Shown: piece after piece, positions 13,748 to 25,714 of the stretch
Numbering within the stretch: the stretch's first letter is position 1
Layout: each line of letters opens with the position of its first letter
Origin: Amoebidium appalachense
Lineage: Eukaryota; Protista; Ichthyosporea
Length of the DNA stretch: 64,000 nt
Assembly: GCA_963693365.1 (NCBI GenBank)
Contig: CAVNZM010000013.1
Coordinates: 8,742,940 to 8,806,939, forward strand
Reading direction: 5' to 3'
Notes under the pieces: model-generated
Seen by the model: the letters and a program-made list of their open reading frames with translations, nothing else
Database searches by the model: none
Told to the model about the DNA's origin: nothing
Program-made: the position numbers and the translations under genes

Positions 13748-14438
13748 CGCGTGTGTGTGTGTGTGTGTGTGTGTGCATGTGTGTGTGCATGTGTGTGTGC
13801 ATGTGTGTGTGCATGTGTGTGTGTGTGCATGTGGGTGGGTGGGTGTGGGTGCTTGTGTGTGGGTGTTGGGTGTGGGTGGTACATGCGCGCGCGTATGTGC
13901 GTGTCTGTGAGCGCACTTGTGTTCGTGAATGGGTGTCGATGTGTTGGCTGAGAGTTGGGGGGGAGAGAGGGGGGGGGGGGGGGGGGGGGGAGTAGTTGGG
14001 GTAATAATGTGTTTTTGGTTTGCTCTCCTTCTGATAACAAAAGTCTCTGCCTCTTGCCTGCACATATTGGTTTCTGTTTTGTTCTTATGGATTGGTTGAA
14101 GTTGCCTTTTTACTTCCGTCGTTCCCATCCTCTTATTGCATAGACCCCACCACCACTACCACCACCACCACCACCACCACCAAAAATAAAATAAAAAAAT
14201 AATAAAAAGTGCGTGTTTCCTCTGTGTCAAAGTTGCTGCTTGTGTGCAGTGGTTTGTAGCGTGCACCTGATTAAATTGCCGTAGCCTAACCCTCAACCCC
14301 TCACCCACCCTCCTCCAGTCCAACCTTGAGATTCTCAGCCGCGAAAACCAGTACCTCCACATCCAGCTGGAGGAGGCAAGAAAGGGCCAATCAGCAGGCT
14401 CAAAACCAAAATCACCCATGGCAACCAGGAACCAATGA
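1895..14438 (+). CDS. GRIPAP1: GRIP1-associated protein 1 (GRASP-1)-like long coiled-coil protein, about 731 aa. 22 exons: 1895-1930, 2813-2875, 3085-3213, 3871-3930, 4649-4750, 5463-5559, 5763-5835, 6320-6502, 6881-7103, 7308-7410, 7813-7931, 8181-8261, 8462-8536, 9058-9144, 9583-9651, 10279-10360, 10702-10832, 11830-11913, 12283-12376, 12867-12916, 13490-13624, 14319-14438
   Basis: All exon phases join into one open frame of E/Q/K/L-rich heptads. Segments resembling animal GRIPAP1 from memory: N-terminal [46 protein letters not shown]...[14 protein letters not shown], and [34 protein letters not shown]186 is the related alternative. Confidence 0.85.
7528..7610. repeat. 22-bp minisatellite (CATGCACGTGCACGGGTGGATG), about 3.8 copies, intronic
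   Basis: Direct tandem copies visible in GRIPAP1 intron 10. Confidence 0.85.
9657..9973. repeat. Compound (CA)n-(GA)n-(CA)n microsatellite, intronic
   Basis: Seen directly; it begins a few bases after the donor at 9652. Confidence 0.9.
12430..12550. repeat. Degenerate ~34-bp minisatellite (TTGCACATTTGCACACACTTGGATTTGAACACAC-like)
   Basis: Three to four imperfect tandem copies in GRIPAP1 intron 19. Confidence 0.65.
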
Positions 14439-15104
14439 TACACCTCCGTGGTTAGGCTAGCCGCTAAGGTTTGCGATGATAGGACATGAATGGGTGAAAG
14501 TATTTGTTGTGTTGTAGTGTGCGATGTATGTTCTCTTTTGGATCAATCGAATGCCCCCCCAAAATATCAATCAATGGCTAGTTTTCTATAATATTATGCA
14601 TATATGACGCTGCAATATAACAATATGGACTTGCATATTGACCAGGTTTGCCACATGCACACCACCACGTGTAGTTATGGCCGGACAAACAACCACCACA
14701 GCGCTTAGGCACACACAAACAACCACAACATACACACACGTTTTCTAAGTCTTGCATTTTGTCGTATTGATGCAGTGTACGTAGTACAGTAATGCAAAAA
14801 GGAAGTGTTATATCGCTGCAAGGAGGCTAGGTTAAATCGGTACACCAACTCTGCATGAAGTAACTTTGTAAGCTTTTGTAGGCAGCAGGCAACTTGTAGC
14901 TAAAATTGATAGGTTATCGTAGTTCGCCAAGTAGTTTTAGTTGAATTATTATGAAAAACAAAAATCTTAGTTTGGCCTCGCTGGGGTAGCTATGTATATG
15001 ATATGGTGAATTTTTCAAATATCTTGCCCGATTGGGGTTGCAGAGGCTTTTTGGTGGTGCTGCACGTGGTACGTGGTGTTTTTGGACTATGTGTGCGTGT
15101 GTGT

Positions 15105-15157
<53 letters not shown>

Positions 15158-16326
15158 AAGATGTATCTGTACGTGTTGGCTGCAGTACTATATATGCACG
15201 AATGCTGTGCACCGTGGCCCGAGGGTGTCGGTAGATGGACACTGAAGAGCCAACCAACCATTCTTCAAGTCATTTCCGACGTTTGGATCCAAGTTGGGCG
15301 CTGGTATGCAGAGCCGCTGGAAAAGGAAATAAAAGGCTTGTGGAGATTGGATAAGGATCATGCGCATTATTTGCCTTCGAGAAGAAATGGGCAGGTTCGG
15401 GAACCGGACTTGGCGATGTTTTTCGAATGTTTTACATATTAATATGCTCGGTGTTATTGCCCAAAACCATGACCTATGGATTATTACGAATATTTAGAGT
15501 TTATAAAACTATTGTTTAACCTCTACGTCCCCCTGTGTGCCTTTCCTCTTTGCCATGGTGCGTGTTACGTATGCTTGAAGCGGCAACAAGGGCCAGAACC
15601 GGTCACGGGGAGGAGGGTAAATCAGATCAAACATCACGGTTGGCCGTGACCGCCGCGGTCCCCCGGCCCCAACCCACTCCTCAACATGCATATATGCCTA
15701 TTTTATGTGCACACTATATGGGCTCAAATCAGCACCTGGTGTCCTTTAATATAAAATCCCTTAAGAAAACATTAAACTCTGCCATACTGCAGTACTGTAC
15801 TGAGATGAGATATACACGATAGTACTGCCTCCACATTCGCAAGGATGGGCAGGGCACCACAAGGACACTTTACCCCCTTTTGATGACGTCATCGAGGTAT
15901 ATAGCCTTTGGACAGGCGACTGCATGAGACACATGATTCGTTTTGTGAAAGAAACTGAGAAAATAGAGTAAGAAAGTATGGTTTGATCTGGATCGATCAC
16001 TTGATAAAGCAGAACCTTTTATTTTTGCCGTTGAGAAAATTCTTTTTGACACACGTAATGCTTTGTTGTCGCTAGTGGCGTGCTCTTGATACAAAAAACT
16101 ACCTGCTTACCTCTAGGAAACTATTCGCACTTTTGACGACGAACAGTGCAAAAGCACACCCAGCTTACCCTGCATATTAAGGGTTATACACGCACACACT
16201 TTCTCAACACCTGCACACACATATGCACACACCTACACCCACCCACCCACCCACACACATACAAAAACATCACTATTTACACCAACAAAAACAGCACTCA
16301 TTACACCCCCACACCCGCACGACACC

Positions 16327-18395
16327 ATGAGTTACCAAGTGCGGCGAACGTTTGGGCGCCCAGGGCAGGGCACCTTCGTCACCTTCTCCTTCTCCACGGG
16401 GGCACCCGGTCAGCCGGGTTTTCCCGGGGGGGGGCAGCAGGCTGCAGGGCCCAACGAACTGTTTATGAACGACCCTTTTCTGTTCCAATTGATGCACCAG
16501 GTATGTTGTGGACAGCTGCTGGGAGCTAAATGAAGATAGGGGGGTCGGTTAGTTTGGGTAGTGCTTGTGTTGTGTGCCTGGGTATGTGTCTGGGGGGTCT
16601 TCTTTTCCCACGTGTATGCCGTGCGGTTGTAGTTTGCTAAATGGTATGCTCTGGAATTTGTGATGTTGGTGGCCATTCTCTCTCTCTCTCTCTCTTCTTT
16701 GGTTGCGTGTGTCTGGGCGTGCGCGGCACGTGCGCACTCGTGTGCTTGGTTTGTGTGTGTGTCATTTCTGGTTGCTTTTTTTTTTTTTTTTTTTTTTTTT
16801 GTGGGTGGGGGGTGGGGGGTGGGGGGGGGATGTGTTGCTGAAGAGGAAGAGAGAAAGGGGCAAGGGAGAGGTAGAACAAACTGAGGAGTATTGAATAGCT
16901 ACCTATGGTACTTATACACGGTATGTGATGTACTTGTTTGCGTCCACATTGCTGTGTGTAGGAGATTGTCCATATTCGTTGCTGCAGTTTGTTCTGTGTT
17001 GGTGTGAATCCAATGCGAGGTATTTTTTTGGTCTTGGGGGGCCTGCAGTGTTGCAATTACACATCCATATATGCTTGTGATTGATTTCCCTCATTCTATT
17101 CTTACACTTTATGCACCTACGATTTCTTCTGCACCCCTCATTTGGCCCCCATCTTTGACATGCTCAACTCCGAAACCTCCCCTTCCTCCCTCCCTCCCCC
17201 CTTCCCCTCTCCTTCACCCCCCTCCCCCCTCCCCCCTCCCTTCCCCCTCCCTAGCACACCTACACACATACACCCAAGAAGAAATTACAGTGGTATCAAC
17301 TCTACTTCCACGATGTTTGAGGAACTTTGCCTTTTACTCCCCCCTCCTCCCCCCTCCCCCCCGCCCGTCCCCCCCCGCTTGAACGCGCGCCTCCCAGCGC
17401 CCGTGGACCCCCTTTGAAGTTGTGCTCTACTCATATGCGCTTTGTAAATCCGCACATTTTTTCTGTCCTCCATGTGTACTGACACTCTTCTGCATTGTAT
17501 CCCCCCTCCCCACCCCACCCCCACCCCCACCTGTGTTGTCTCTGGATTGCTGATATCTTGCTGTGTTGCCGCTGTCATTGCTATCACCCTTTTTTGCTTT
17601 TATTTTCATGTTTATTCTGTGCACGTGCTTTTTGTAGCCTATCTGTTCCCTCCCCTCCCCCCCCCCCCCCCCCCCCCCTCCCCTCCCCTTTGGGCTTTGT
17701 CAATGTAAAGAATGGGGCGTTGAATTTTTCGGGTTTTTTTTTTTGAGGGGGGGGGGGAGGGGGGAGGGGGGGACTAATAATATCCTTTTTAGCAACAGGC
17801 GGGTGAGGGGTGGGGGGGGGGGGGGGGGGGGGGGGGGGGCAAGCTAATACCCTGTTTCCGTTTTAGCAGCAAGGGGGGGGGGGGGGTTGGTTATCGTGCA
17901 ATCAGCTCTGGTATATTTCTGTGAGCATGTTTATGCTTTGAACTTTAAGGCTTCTCCACCTACGTGCCCCTATTCCCACCACCATTGTTTCTTACCCCCC
18001 CCCAATCCCCCAAACCCCACCCACCCGTGCATCCCTTTAACCCCACCCCCCAGCTTATGCAGCTGCAGACGATGGGTGTTCTTGACGAGGAGGAGTTCCA
18101 GCGGGTGCTGCTGATGAGTCAGAACGACAGGTCGGGGCCACCCCCAGCATCAGACAGTGCCATGCAGAGCCTACCACGGTTCACCGTGCAGGAGGGAGAC
18201 AAGGAGTACCGTGAGAGGGAGTGCATCGTGTGCATGGACACGTTCAAGGGGGGGACCAGTGCGTGCGCATGCCCTGCCAGCACGTGTTCCATGATGCCTG
18301 CCTCATGCCCTGGCTGCAGCAGCACAACACCTGCCCCACATGCAGGGCAACAATAGAGGTGGGTGCCCCGTGCATGCACACACACACACACACAC

Positions 18396-18445
<50 letters not shown>

Positions 18446-18466
18446 AGAGGTGGGTCCCACGTGCAT

Positions 18467-18509
<43 letters not shown>

Positions 18510-20321
18510 AGAGCAGGAATCAGGCATTTGGGAATGGCGCACACAGACACCGGCACACACATGCATGCACTTTGCCATGTCTCGAGCTCCTCTCCCTGCT
18601 TCAGTTATGACCCTGAACAGGCGCATGTAGCAACCCATTAGGAACTATGCTTTGTGCTAAGTGCAAGTCTCGCACAGAGAATCTTTTTCCCTTGCCACTC
18701 CTTATCAACCTCTCACATCCTCCCCTCCTTGTTGTTTTCCTCCTTTTTTCTCAAATGCACACCCACTCATGCGCATACACGTGCTTAACACACCACAATC
18801 CCCCCCCCCCCCCCCCCCCCCCCCTTTGTCCCCCTTTCTCCCCCTTGGTGCTTGCGGATACATTCCGCTTTGCATTCGTTCTCCATTTTGGCTTGTCTAG
18901 TACACAAATGCCCCCACAAAAAGGTGTGTGTGTGTTTTAGGGGGGGGGGGAGGGTAAGAAAAGCAACTGCAAACAAGAGTTTCGGCATACACACACCAGT
19001 CAAGAAACACGTAAAGCAATCGTATACAACCAGCAAGTAGCAGTTTGCTTCACCTCTGCCTGTCCCTGCAGACTCACTCTCCGTGAGCCGGCCTATGTGC
19101 TATTCTAACCCTGCCATATTCCCTTTGCAGGCATCCACGGCACCCCGACGACCAGAGACCAGCACATACCAGCCACCACGCAACATGCGGGGTTCGGAAG
19201 GCCAGGGTGAGGGGTCGATCTTGGGGGACCTGGGCAGTCTTGCAGCCAGTGCAGCCACTAACGTTTGGAACTATTTCTTCCCCTCCACCAATCAGCAGCA
19301 AGGCCAGGGCCCAGCCCCAGCCAATCAGAATCCACCACCACACCCACCCAACATACCACCGTTCATGTATCCACCGGCCCCCCCCCCTCCCCAACCCTCC
19401 CACCCCCCCCTGTACGACCAGAACCAATACCCCACAGCCTTTGGCTTTCCAGGGGCTGCCCCACCTGGCCCCCACCTCCATGGGCCGTACCAGGGCCACC
19501 GCGGGCCCCTAGCCGAGTCCCAGGAGGATGCAGACCTGCGGCAGGCCATTGAAAACTCCCTCAGAGACACCCGGCAAGCCCCTGCAAGGGCACACAGCCA
19601 GGGCATTGCACATAACCCCAGTGCGGCCCCCAGTGTGGACAGGGAGACACTGGATGCCCTGACTGCGGCTATGACCGTGGGGGAGCTGAGGGCAGAAATT
19701 GAGGCTGCAGGGGGGTCCATAGCGGGTTGCCTGGAGAAGGAGGATCTGGTGCGCAGGTATGCCCAGTGTGTGCTTGAGGCCCAAACAACACCGCAACCTG
19801 GCAACGGCACAAATGCACACGGGGCCCAGCCACTCTACCCAACACTCCAACCCGAGCAGACAGAGACTTGCCCACCCCCACCACAACCAAACCCCCCTCC
19901 GTCACATGGGCCGAGTGGGCTGTATCCCCAATTGGACGACATGAACCCCCCCTCCCGCCAAGTCACAGACCCTGTACCCTCATCAAGATCCCCCCAGCCA
20001 GACCGTAGCATCCCCCTACGTATTGCGCCTACTGAGCCATACAGCATTCACAATGTCCCCCAAGCCCCCCCTACGGGCGAGGAGGTGGGGGTCTTATTGC
20101 GTCTGCCCGACGGGGAGAGACTTTTGCAGTGGTTTCTGCCCAGCGACACTCCAGCCAAGGTGTTGGACTGGGTGGAGAGCGTCAGTGGCTACACACGGGC
20201 ACGGCACGTGCTGAGGTTCCCCTCCCCCTTCAACCCGCAGGGGAGGGTGGAGATGGATGTGTCCTTGGAGGGGCAGGGCATAACGGGTAGGGTGATGATG
20301 GTGGTCGAGGAGAAGCACTGA
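16327..20321 (+). CDS. RING-H2 E3 ubiquitin ligase fused to UIM-like motifs, a HeH/SAP-like motif and a C-terminal UBX domain, about 553 aa. Exons 16327-16500, 18063-18358 (1-nt frameshift at G7 run 18248-18254) and 19131-20321
   Basis: Exon 2 encodes GPPPAS...LPRF...[10 protein letters not shown][G][31 protein letters not shown], a C3H2C3 RING-H2 in an RNF115/126-like context. Exon 3 has [16 protein letters not shown] (UIM-like), [30 protein letters not shown] (HeH-like) and [28 protein letters not shown]...FPSPF...SLEGQGI...VMMVVEEK (UBX). Splice sites are canonical. Confidence 0.8.
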
Positions 20322-21072
20322 TGAATTTAGTGTTTATATTTTAAAGTGTATATAATAAGTGTATGGATTGGCAGTGCACGGGGCACCGGATGTCCATGTA
20401 TGGGCACTGGATGGCATGGAATAAAAAGAACTGGATAGGCAGCCATGTGGGTGCCATGTGTGGATGGATAGTTGTGCATGTGGATGTTCCCAATGGTTTA
20501 GCCTTGGGACGGTTTTGATTCGATGCAGGCATATATAACACACCGACCGCAAATCTAGCAGCATATAGCATATGTACCGTGTTACACCATGTTACACAGT
20601 CATGTGCACACACGTGCGTGGTGGTCACAAAACATGATGCACCTGTCCCACGAACACACACACGCGCACACGCACACACAGACACACAGACACACCCCGT
20701 CACTCATCTCCACACACATACACGCACACACACGCACGCATGCACACACGCACACGCACACGCACACACATGCACACACACGCACGCACACACACACAGA
20801 GAGGGAGGGAGGGAGGGACGAAGAAGGGGAGGGAGGGAGGCAGGGAGGCAGGGAGAGAAAGAGGCTGAGCAAGAGCTATCTATGGGAGACAGAAAGTATC
20901 ACACATGCAAGCAGACCGAGGCACAACATTGCATTGGCACCCACCAGAACCCACACCATGCACATACAAAAACATGCACTGTAACATTAGTAATCATGCG
21001 ACAACAAGTTGTCAAAAGGCCACTCTGATCACAGACACACCCAGCACCCCCCCCCTCCTCCCCTCCAACACC

Positions 21073-21189
21073 TATATTTTTCTTTCTTCTGCACTTACTG
21101 CTGCCCCGGCCTTTCCCACTGCCCTAGCCTGTTGCCTGCGTGGGATTTCAATCGGATTTTGAAACGAGGGGGAACATTAGTAACTTTTT

Positions 21190-21247
<58 letters not shown>

Positions 21248-21574
21248 CATATATCCCGCCCTTTGGCAGGGCAGGTGCCCCCCTCCCCCCCCCCCCTGAA
21301 GGCAGGAGGAGGGGAAGAGAGGGGGGGGGGGGGGGGGAGGAGGGGGGGAGCGGGGGGGAAGGCGGAGGGGGGAGGGACCCACCCACCCCATAGGCTAAGG
21401 CTGCCATCATGCATGTGACTGTGTATTCAGATAACTTATCGTGTTAAATAGTAGTACAATTTCGCAGCGGTTTACATACCTTGCCACAACGTAAAGATTG
21501 AGGCTAACCAATACATAGGATTCCTTGATCACTGAAACGGTTAATACGGGCCAAATGGCGTACGGTCATACTCT

Positions 21575-21605
<31 letters not shown>

Positions 21606-22462
21606 CCCCCCCCCCCACCTTCCCTCTCTCCCCCCCCTCCCCCTTCCCCCTCCCCCCCTCTCGCATTCGTCTCCAGTAACTGTCGCCCCACCGCGCGCAC
21701 ACACAGGCATACACTTTCACACGCAAACATCATTCACACGTACCACACGTGTACACACACGCACGAGACCACACAAAATTTGACCAGCGATGAGCACCAG
21801 ACATATGCATGAATATGCAGATAATCTCACCCACACCACACACTGTCACAAACATATCCCGCCACACAGATAGGCACACTGCACGATGAGCTCGATAACT
21901 TCATTCCCACAGAGTAGAAATAGTTGACCGATACGTGTGTATGTGTGTGCGCCCGCGCACGTCCAGCAACTTGTTTAACGGTTTAATGAGCAGGGTCAGG
22001 AAGGGAGGAGGGGGGAGGGAGAGGAGATGAGTGGGGGGGGGGGGGGGGGGGGGGGGGAGGGGGGAGGGGGGGGGGGGGGGGGGGATGTCGTTAGAAAATG
22101 TTATAGAGCAATGATTACACATTTAGCGCGGACAACACAAAGCAGACCTTGCAAAGAACACACAAAGATTATGCATCCGGCAGATTCTGAACAAAAGCAC
22201 CAGCACAAAATGGGAGGAAGTGTGTGCGTTGGTGTGTGTGGGGGGGAAGGGGGAGGGGTGGCCGGGGGGAGGGGGGAGGATATGCATCAGTGGCCAAAAC
22301 GAAAGCAATCCCCCCCCCCCCCCTCCCCCCCCCCCCCTCCCCCCTCCCCCCCCCTCCCCCCCCCCCCCCCCCCCTCCCCCTCCCCCCCCCAAAAAAAGGT
22401 AACGAATACAAACTTTGGTGGACGAAAAGAAATTCTGTTCATGATTACGCCCAAGATTTAAC

Positions 22463-22493
<31 letters not shown>

Positions 22494-22975
22494 TTTTTGC
22501 ACAACCCCCCCCCCCCCCCCTCACTGTCCCTCCCCCTTCCCCCCCCTCCCCTCTCCCCCCCCCCTCCCCACTGTCCCTTTCCTCCCCTCCCCACCCCCCC
22601 CAGAGAGGGGGGAGGGGGGAGAGGGGGGCCCACCACCCCTGCGGCTATATGCTACCTTGGGCAGGAGAGGGGGGAGGGGGGGGGGGAGGGGGGGGGGTAC
22701 CACCGGTGGGGACGTCGATATTCGACTCATGTCATGTCATGACTCCCCACTCCCCATGTCAAAATTAAAAATCCCTAAGTAACCCTGCTCGTCTCTGATC
22801 GATCAAGACAGGCGACGCAACAAGAAACAAATTCTGAGTTGGGTTGGCGACGATCGACTGTGAATAAACCATAACTTTGGACACAGTTAGCTGTGTCTGT
22901 GGATGACGCGGGGCTCCTTTGCTAGACTCAGGGTGGGCTCTGTTTATTATGCATACTCTCTATTATGTGTGAACA
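21073..22975 (+). mobile_element. Dispersed repeat family A copy, split into 21073-21140 and 22776-22975 by a nested insertion
   Basis: Both pieces align collinearly with the uninterrupted copy at 58799-59040 (shared strings CCCCGGCCTTTCCCACTGCCCT, AACCCTGCTCGTCTCTGATC, CTGAGTTGGGTT, TGTGGATGACG, TGGGCTCTG.TTATTATGCATACTCT). Confidence 0.75.
21142..22775. mobile_element. Non-autonomous TIR DNA element, about 1.63 kb, nested in repeat A; possibly PIF/Harbinger-like
   Basis: The left end GGGATTTCAATCGGATTTTGAAACGAGGGGG resembles the reverse complement of the right end GGGATTTTTAATTTTGACATGGGGAG. The right flank is TAA, and the empty site GCCTGCATAAGCAACCC is at about 58862-58878. No transposase ORF is present. 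Confidence 0.6.
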
Positions 22976-23006
22976 GTTTGCACTCTGCTTGGTGTTGTCC
23001 GTTGTG

Positions 23007-23260
<254 letters not shown>

Positions 23261-25640
23261 GTGGGAGAGTGGGAGAGTGGGAGAGTGGGAGGGTCCCGGA
23301 TAGAGGGCCCCGGAGGGAGGGTCATGGAGGGAGGGACCGCAAGGGAGGGAGAGCCCGGAGGGGGAGGGATGAATGGAGTGAGTGTAACGGAGAGGGAGCT
23401 CGAGGAAGAGAGGGAGGGAGGGAGGGAGGGAGTGAGGGAGTGAGGGAGTGAGTGAGGGAGGGAGGGATCCGGAGGAGGGGGGAAGGAAGGAGGGTGGAAG
23501 GGGCGGAGGGATGGAGGGATGGAGGGAGGGAGGGAGATGAGGGGGGTCCCCGGGAGGGAGGGGGGGGGGGGGGGGGGGGGGGGGGAGGGGGGGGGGGGGG
23601 GAAGGGGGTGTGTGTGTGTGTGGAGGGGGGGGGGAGGGGGTGTGGGGGTTGGGGGGAGGGGGGGGGGGGATGATCGAGTCGACAAGAAGTTGCCTGATAT
23701 GGGTTTGTTTATTTATTGAGCGGACGAATCGTTATGCGCACAAAAACCCCATATGTGGTTATTTGGGATAAAAGTAGATCTCGGATGTTTGCGTCACTAT
23801 GGGCTAAGTGTTTGCACGCAAAATATCCACGTCATGAACGCAGTTTTCCAGCATTTGAGTTTAGCTGAAGGTAAATTCAGGTTTGCTTCTATATAAACCA
23901 AATATATATCTTGTCTGATGTTCCTGGGCTTATTTTTTTCAGGGCCTATGTTTCAGCTTGTACTACAATTCGCGCTTGTATCCCCCAAGAGCAGTCACTG
24001 GGATGGGTTCAATAACCAAGCAATGAAAGTATAGTATACATAAGGGGCATTGTTTTATATTTACGCTAACAAAAAGAGGCACCCGATTGACAAAGCCTTG
24101 AGATGCAAATAGGGTTAGCAAAAATGTTTTATTTGATTTTTTTTTCGTGCAAGATAATTGATGACCTATCGGTTAGGTGAGATTGAAAAGGATTTCTTGA
24201 AAACCTAAGGCAGACTTTTAGGCGCATAGTCTTCTAAGTATACTGTATTGAGTCTGTTTAGAGGTTTGCAGAAAGCCCCTGGGACTGCAGGGTGTTCAGG
24301 TGAGAGCTTGGAATGCGTTCCCTAATTCATCATGATTGGTCAATGTGACTCTGGCTCTGCGATTGGCTGGAGCAAAATCTAAGTGAACCAATGAAATGAA
24401 GCACGTGAATAAACATCTCCTATTGGGCAAGCGAAAGCCAGTCATATTGCTCCAAATATTTCACGAGATTCCAGGTAGGATTCAGATTTCAGAATCAGAA
24501 CTTTCAGATTCCGAAGTGAACATTGGCTTCCCACTTTCAGCCCTTGTAGATGATATGGGAAATATAGTTATATGTTGCTTTATTGTCTGTTAATTCAATT
24601 AATCTGCAACACTACAGTTCAAAGCCAGGCATTGTGCCCACATCGCATTCAAGTGGCCCAGGCGCGCCAATGATTTCAACTTGGCCCAGGCACAGTTCAC
24701 AATGTGGTAAAATCATGTGATGTGGAGTCCGACGCCGACTCGTGGAGGCTGTACCCGTCTTCACATGATCTCGTTCAACAAACCTAAAATGTATCTACAC
24801 TCAGACAACCGCTCTTGTCATGAAAAGATATCCGCACTACTATATGATGCAAGCCTACTATAAGCCTTCTCAAAGAATTGACTGATTCATTGTTGGTTAT
24901 AAAATCTGGATGCATTACTATGATGTCGACCCACATATATAGTACCAGTGCCTGAAGTATATAACGAAGCCAATCATTTGCAAGAGATGGATGTCATAGT
25001 AGTGATAAGATAGATGCTGGCAAAGGTATTTCTCCCAAGAACTCAGAGACGACCAATATTATGAGAAGGATAATGATTCAAATTGGAGACAAAAATGGTG
25101 GGAAAGACAAGAAATGCAGCTGCTTTAATCAGTCAGTTAAGTTGATTGAGTGAGAAATAAGAGGTTGCGTGCTTCACAAGATAAGCCTTAGGCCCATGTA
25201 AACAAAACATGGAACCAGTCGATTGGATATTTCTCACGCTAATGCTTTTTCCGTGGCTCAACTGGTAGGATCCAGCTTCCCGGTTTAAAAATGACAGTAT
25301 ACCAATCCGATGACACCTATGAACATCTTGGGTTCCCATACGGCGCCGTACATTGTGTTTCAGCCAATGGCAAACCAGGTGGCTGAGACGCATATTGCCA
25401 GTGCTCAAAACACGTGAAAGCATTTTTGGGTCTGTGAAGTGCACATATAAGGTGGCACCCACTCGTTTCAACAGCCAGATTTTGAGAGAGCTCAGCTTGG
25501 GTTTCGTGCACCCGACTTTTTTTTTTGTTTGGATACAAGTACAGTTGCAATAGCGTAGGTACAGCGTGCTTGCACAGGCACGAAACACCTGGGCCGCTTC
25601 TCTCCAGGCTCTGTTGGTTTCACGTCTAGAACACGGCGTG

Positions 25641-25692
25641 CCCTAACGCAAACACGTTTGTGCACTCCCTAATAGCAAACACGTTTGTGCAC
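25641..25692 (+). repeat. Tandem ~26-bp duplication (CCCTAA..GCAAACACGTTTGTGCAC) just upstream of the bHLH-ZIP ATG
   Basis: The exact 18-mer GCAAACACGTTTGTGCAC occurs at 25648-25665 and 25675-25692. Confidence 0.8.
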
Positions 25693-25714
25693 CAAGTGAC
25701 GCGAGTGATCGATC

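Noticed and set aside
24402-25416. CACGTG E-boxes upstream of the bHLH-ZIP gene as evidence of autoregulation
   Set aside because: CACGTG is extremely common throughout this RY-rich window, so two sites are uninformative.
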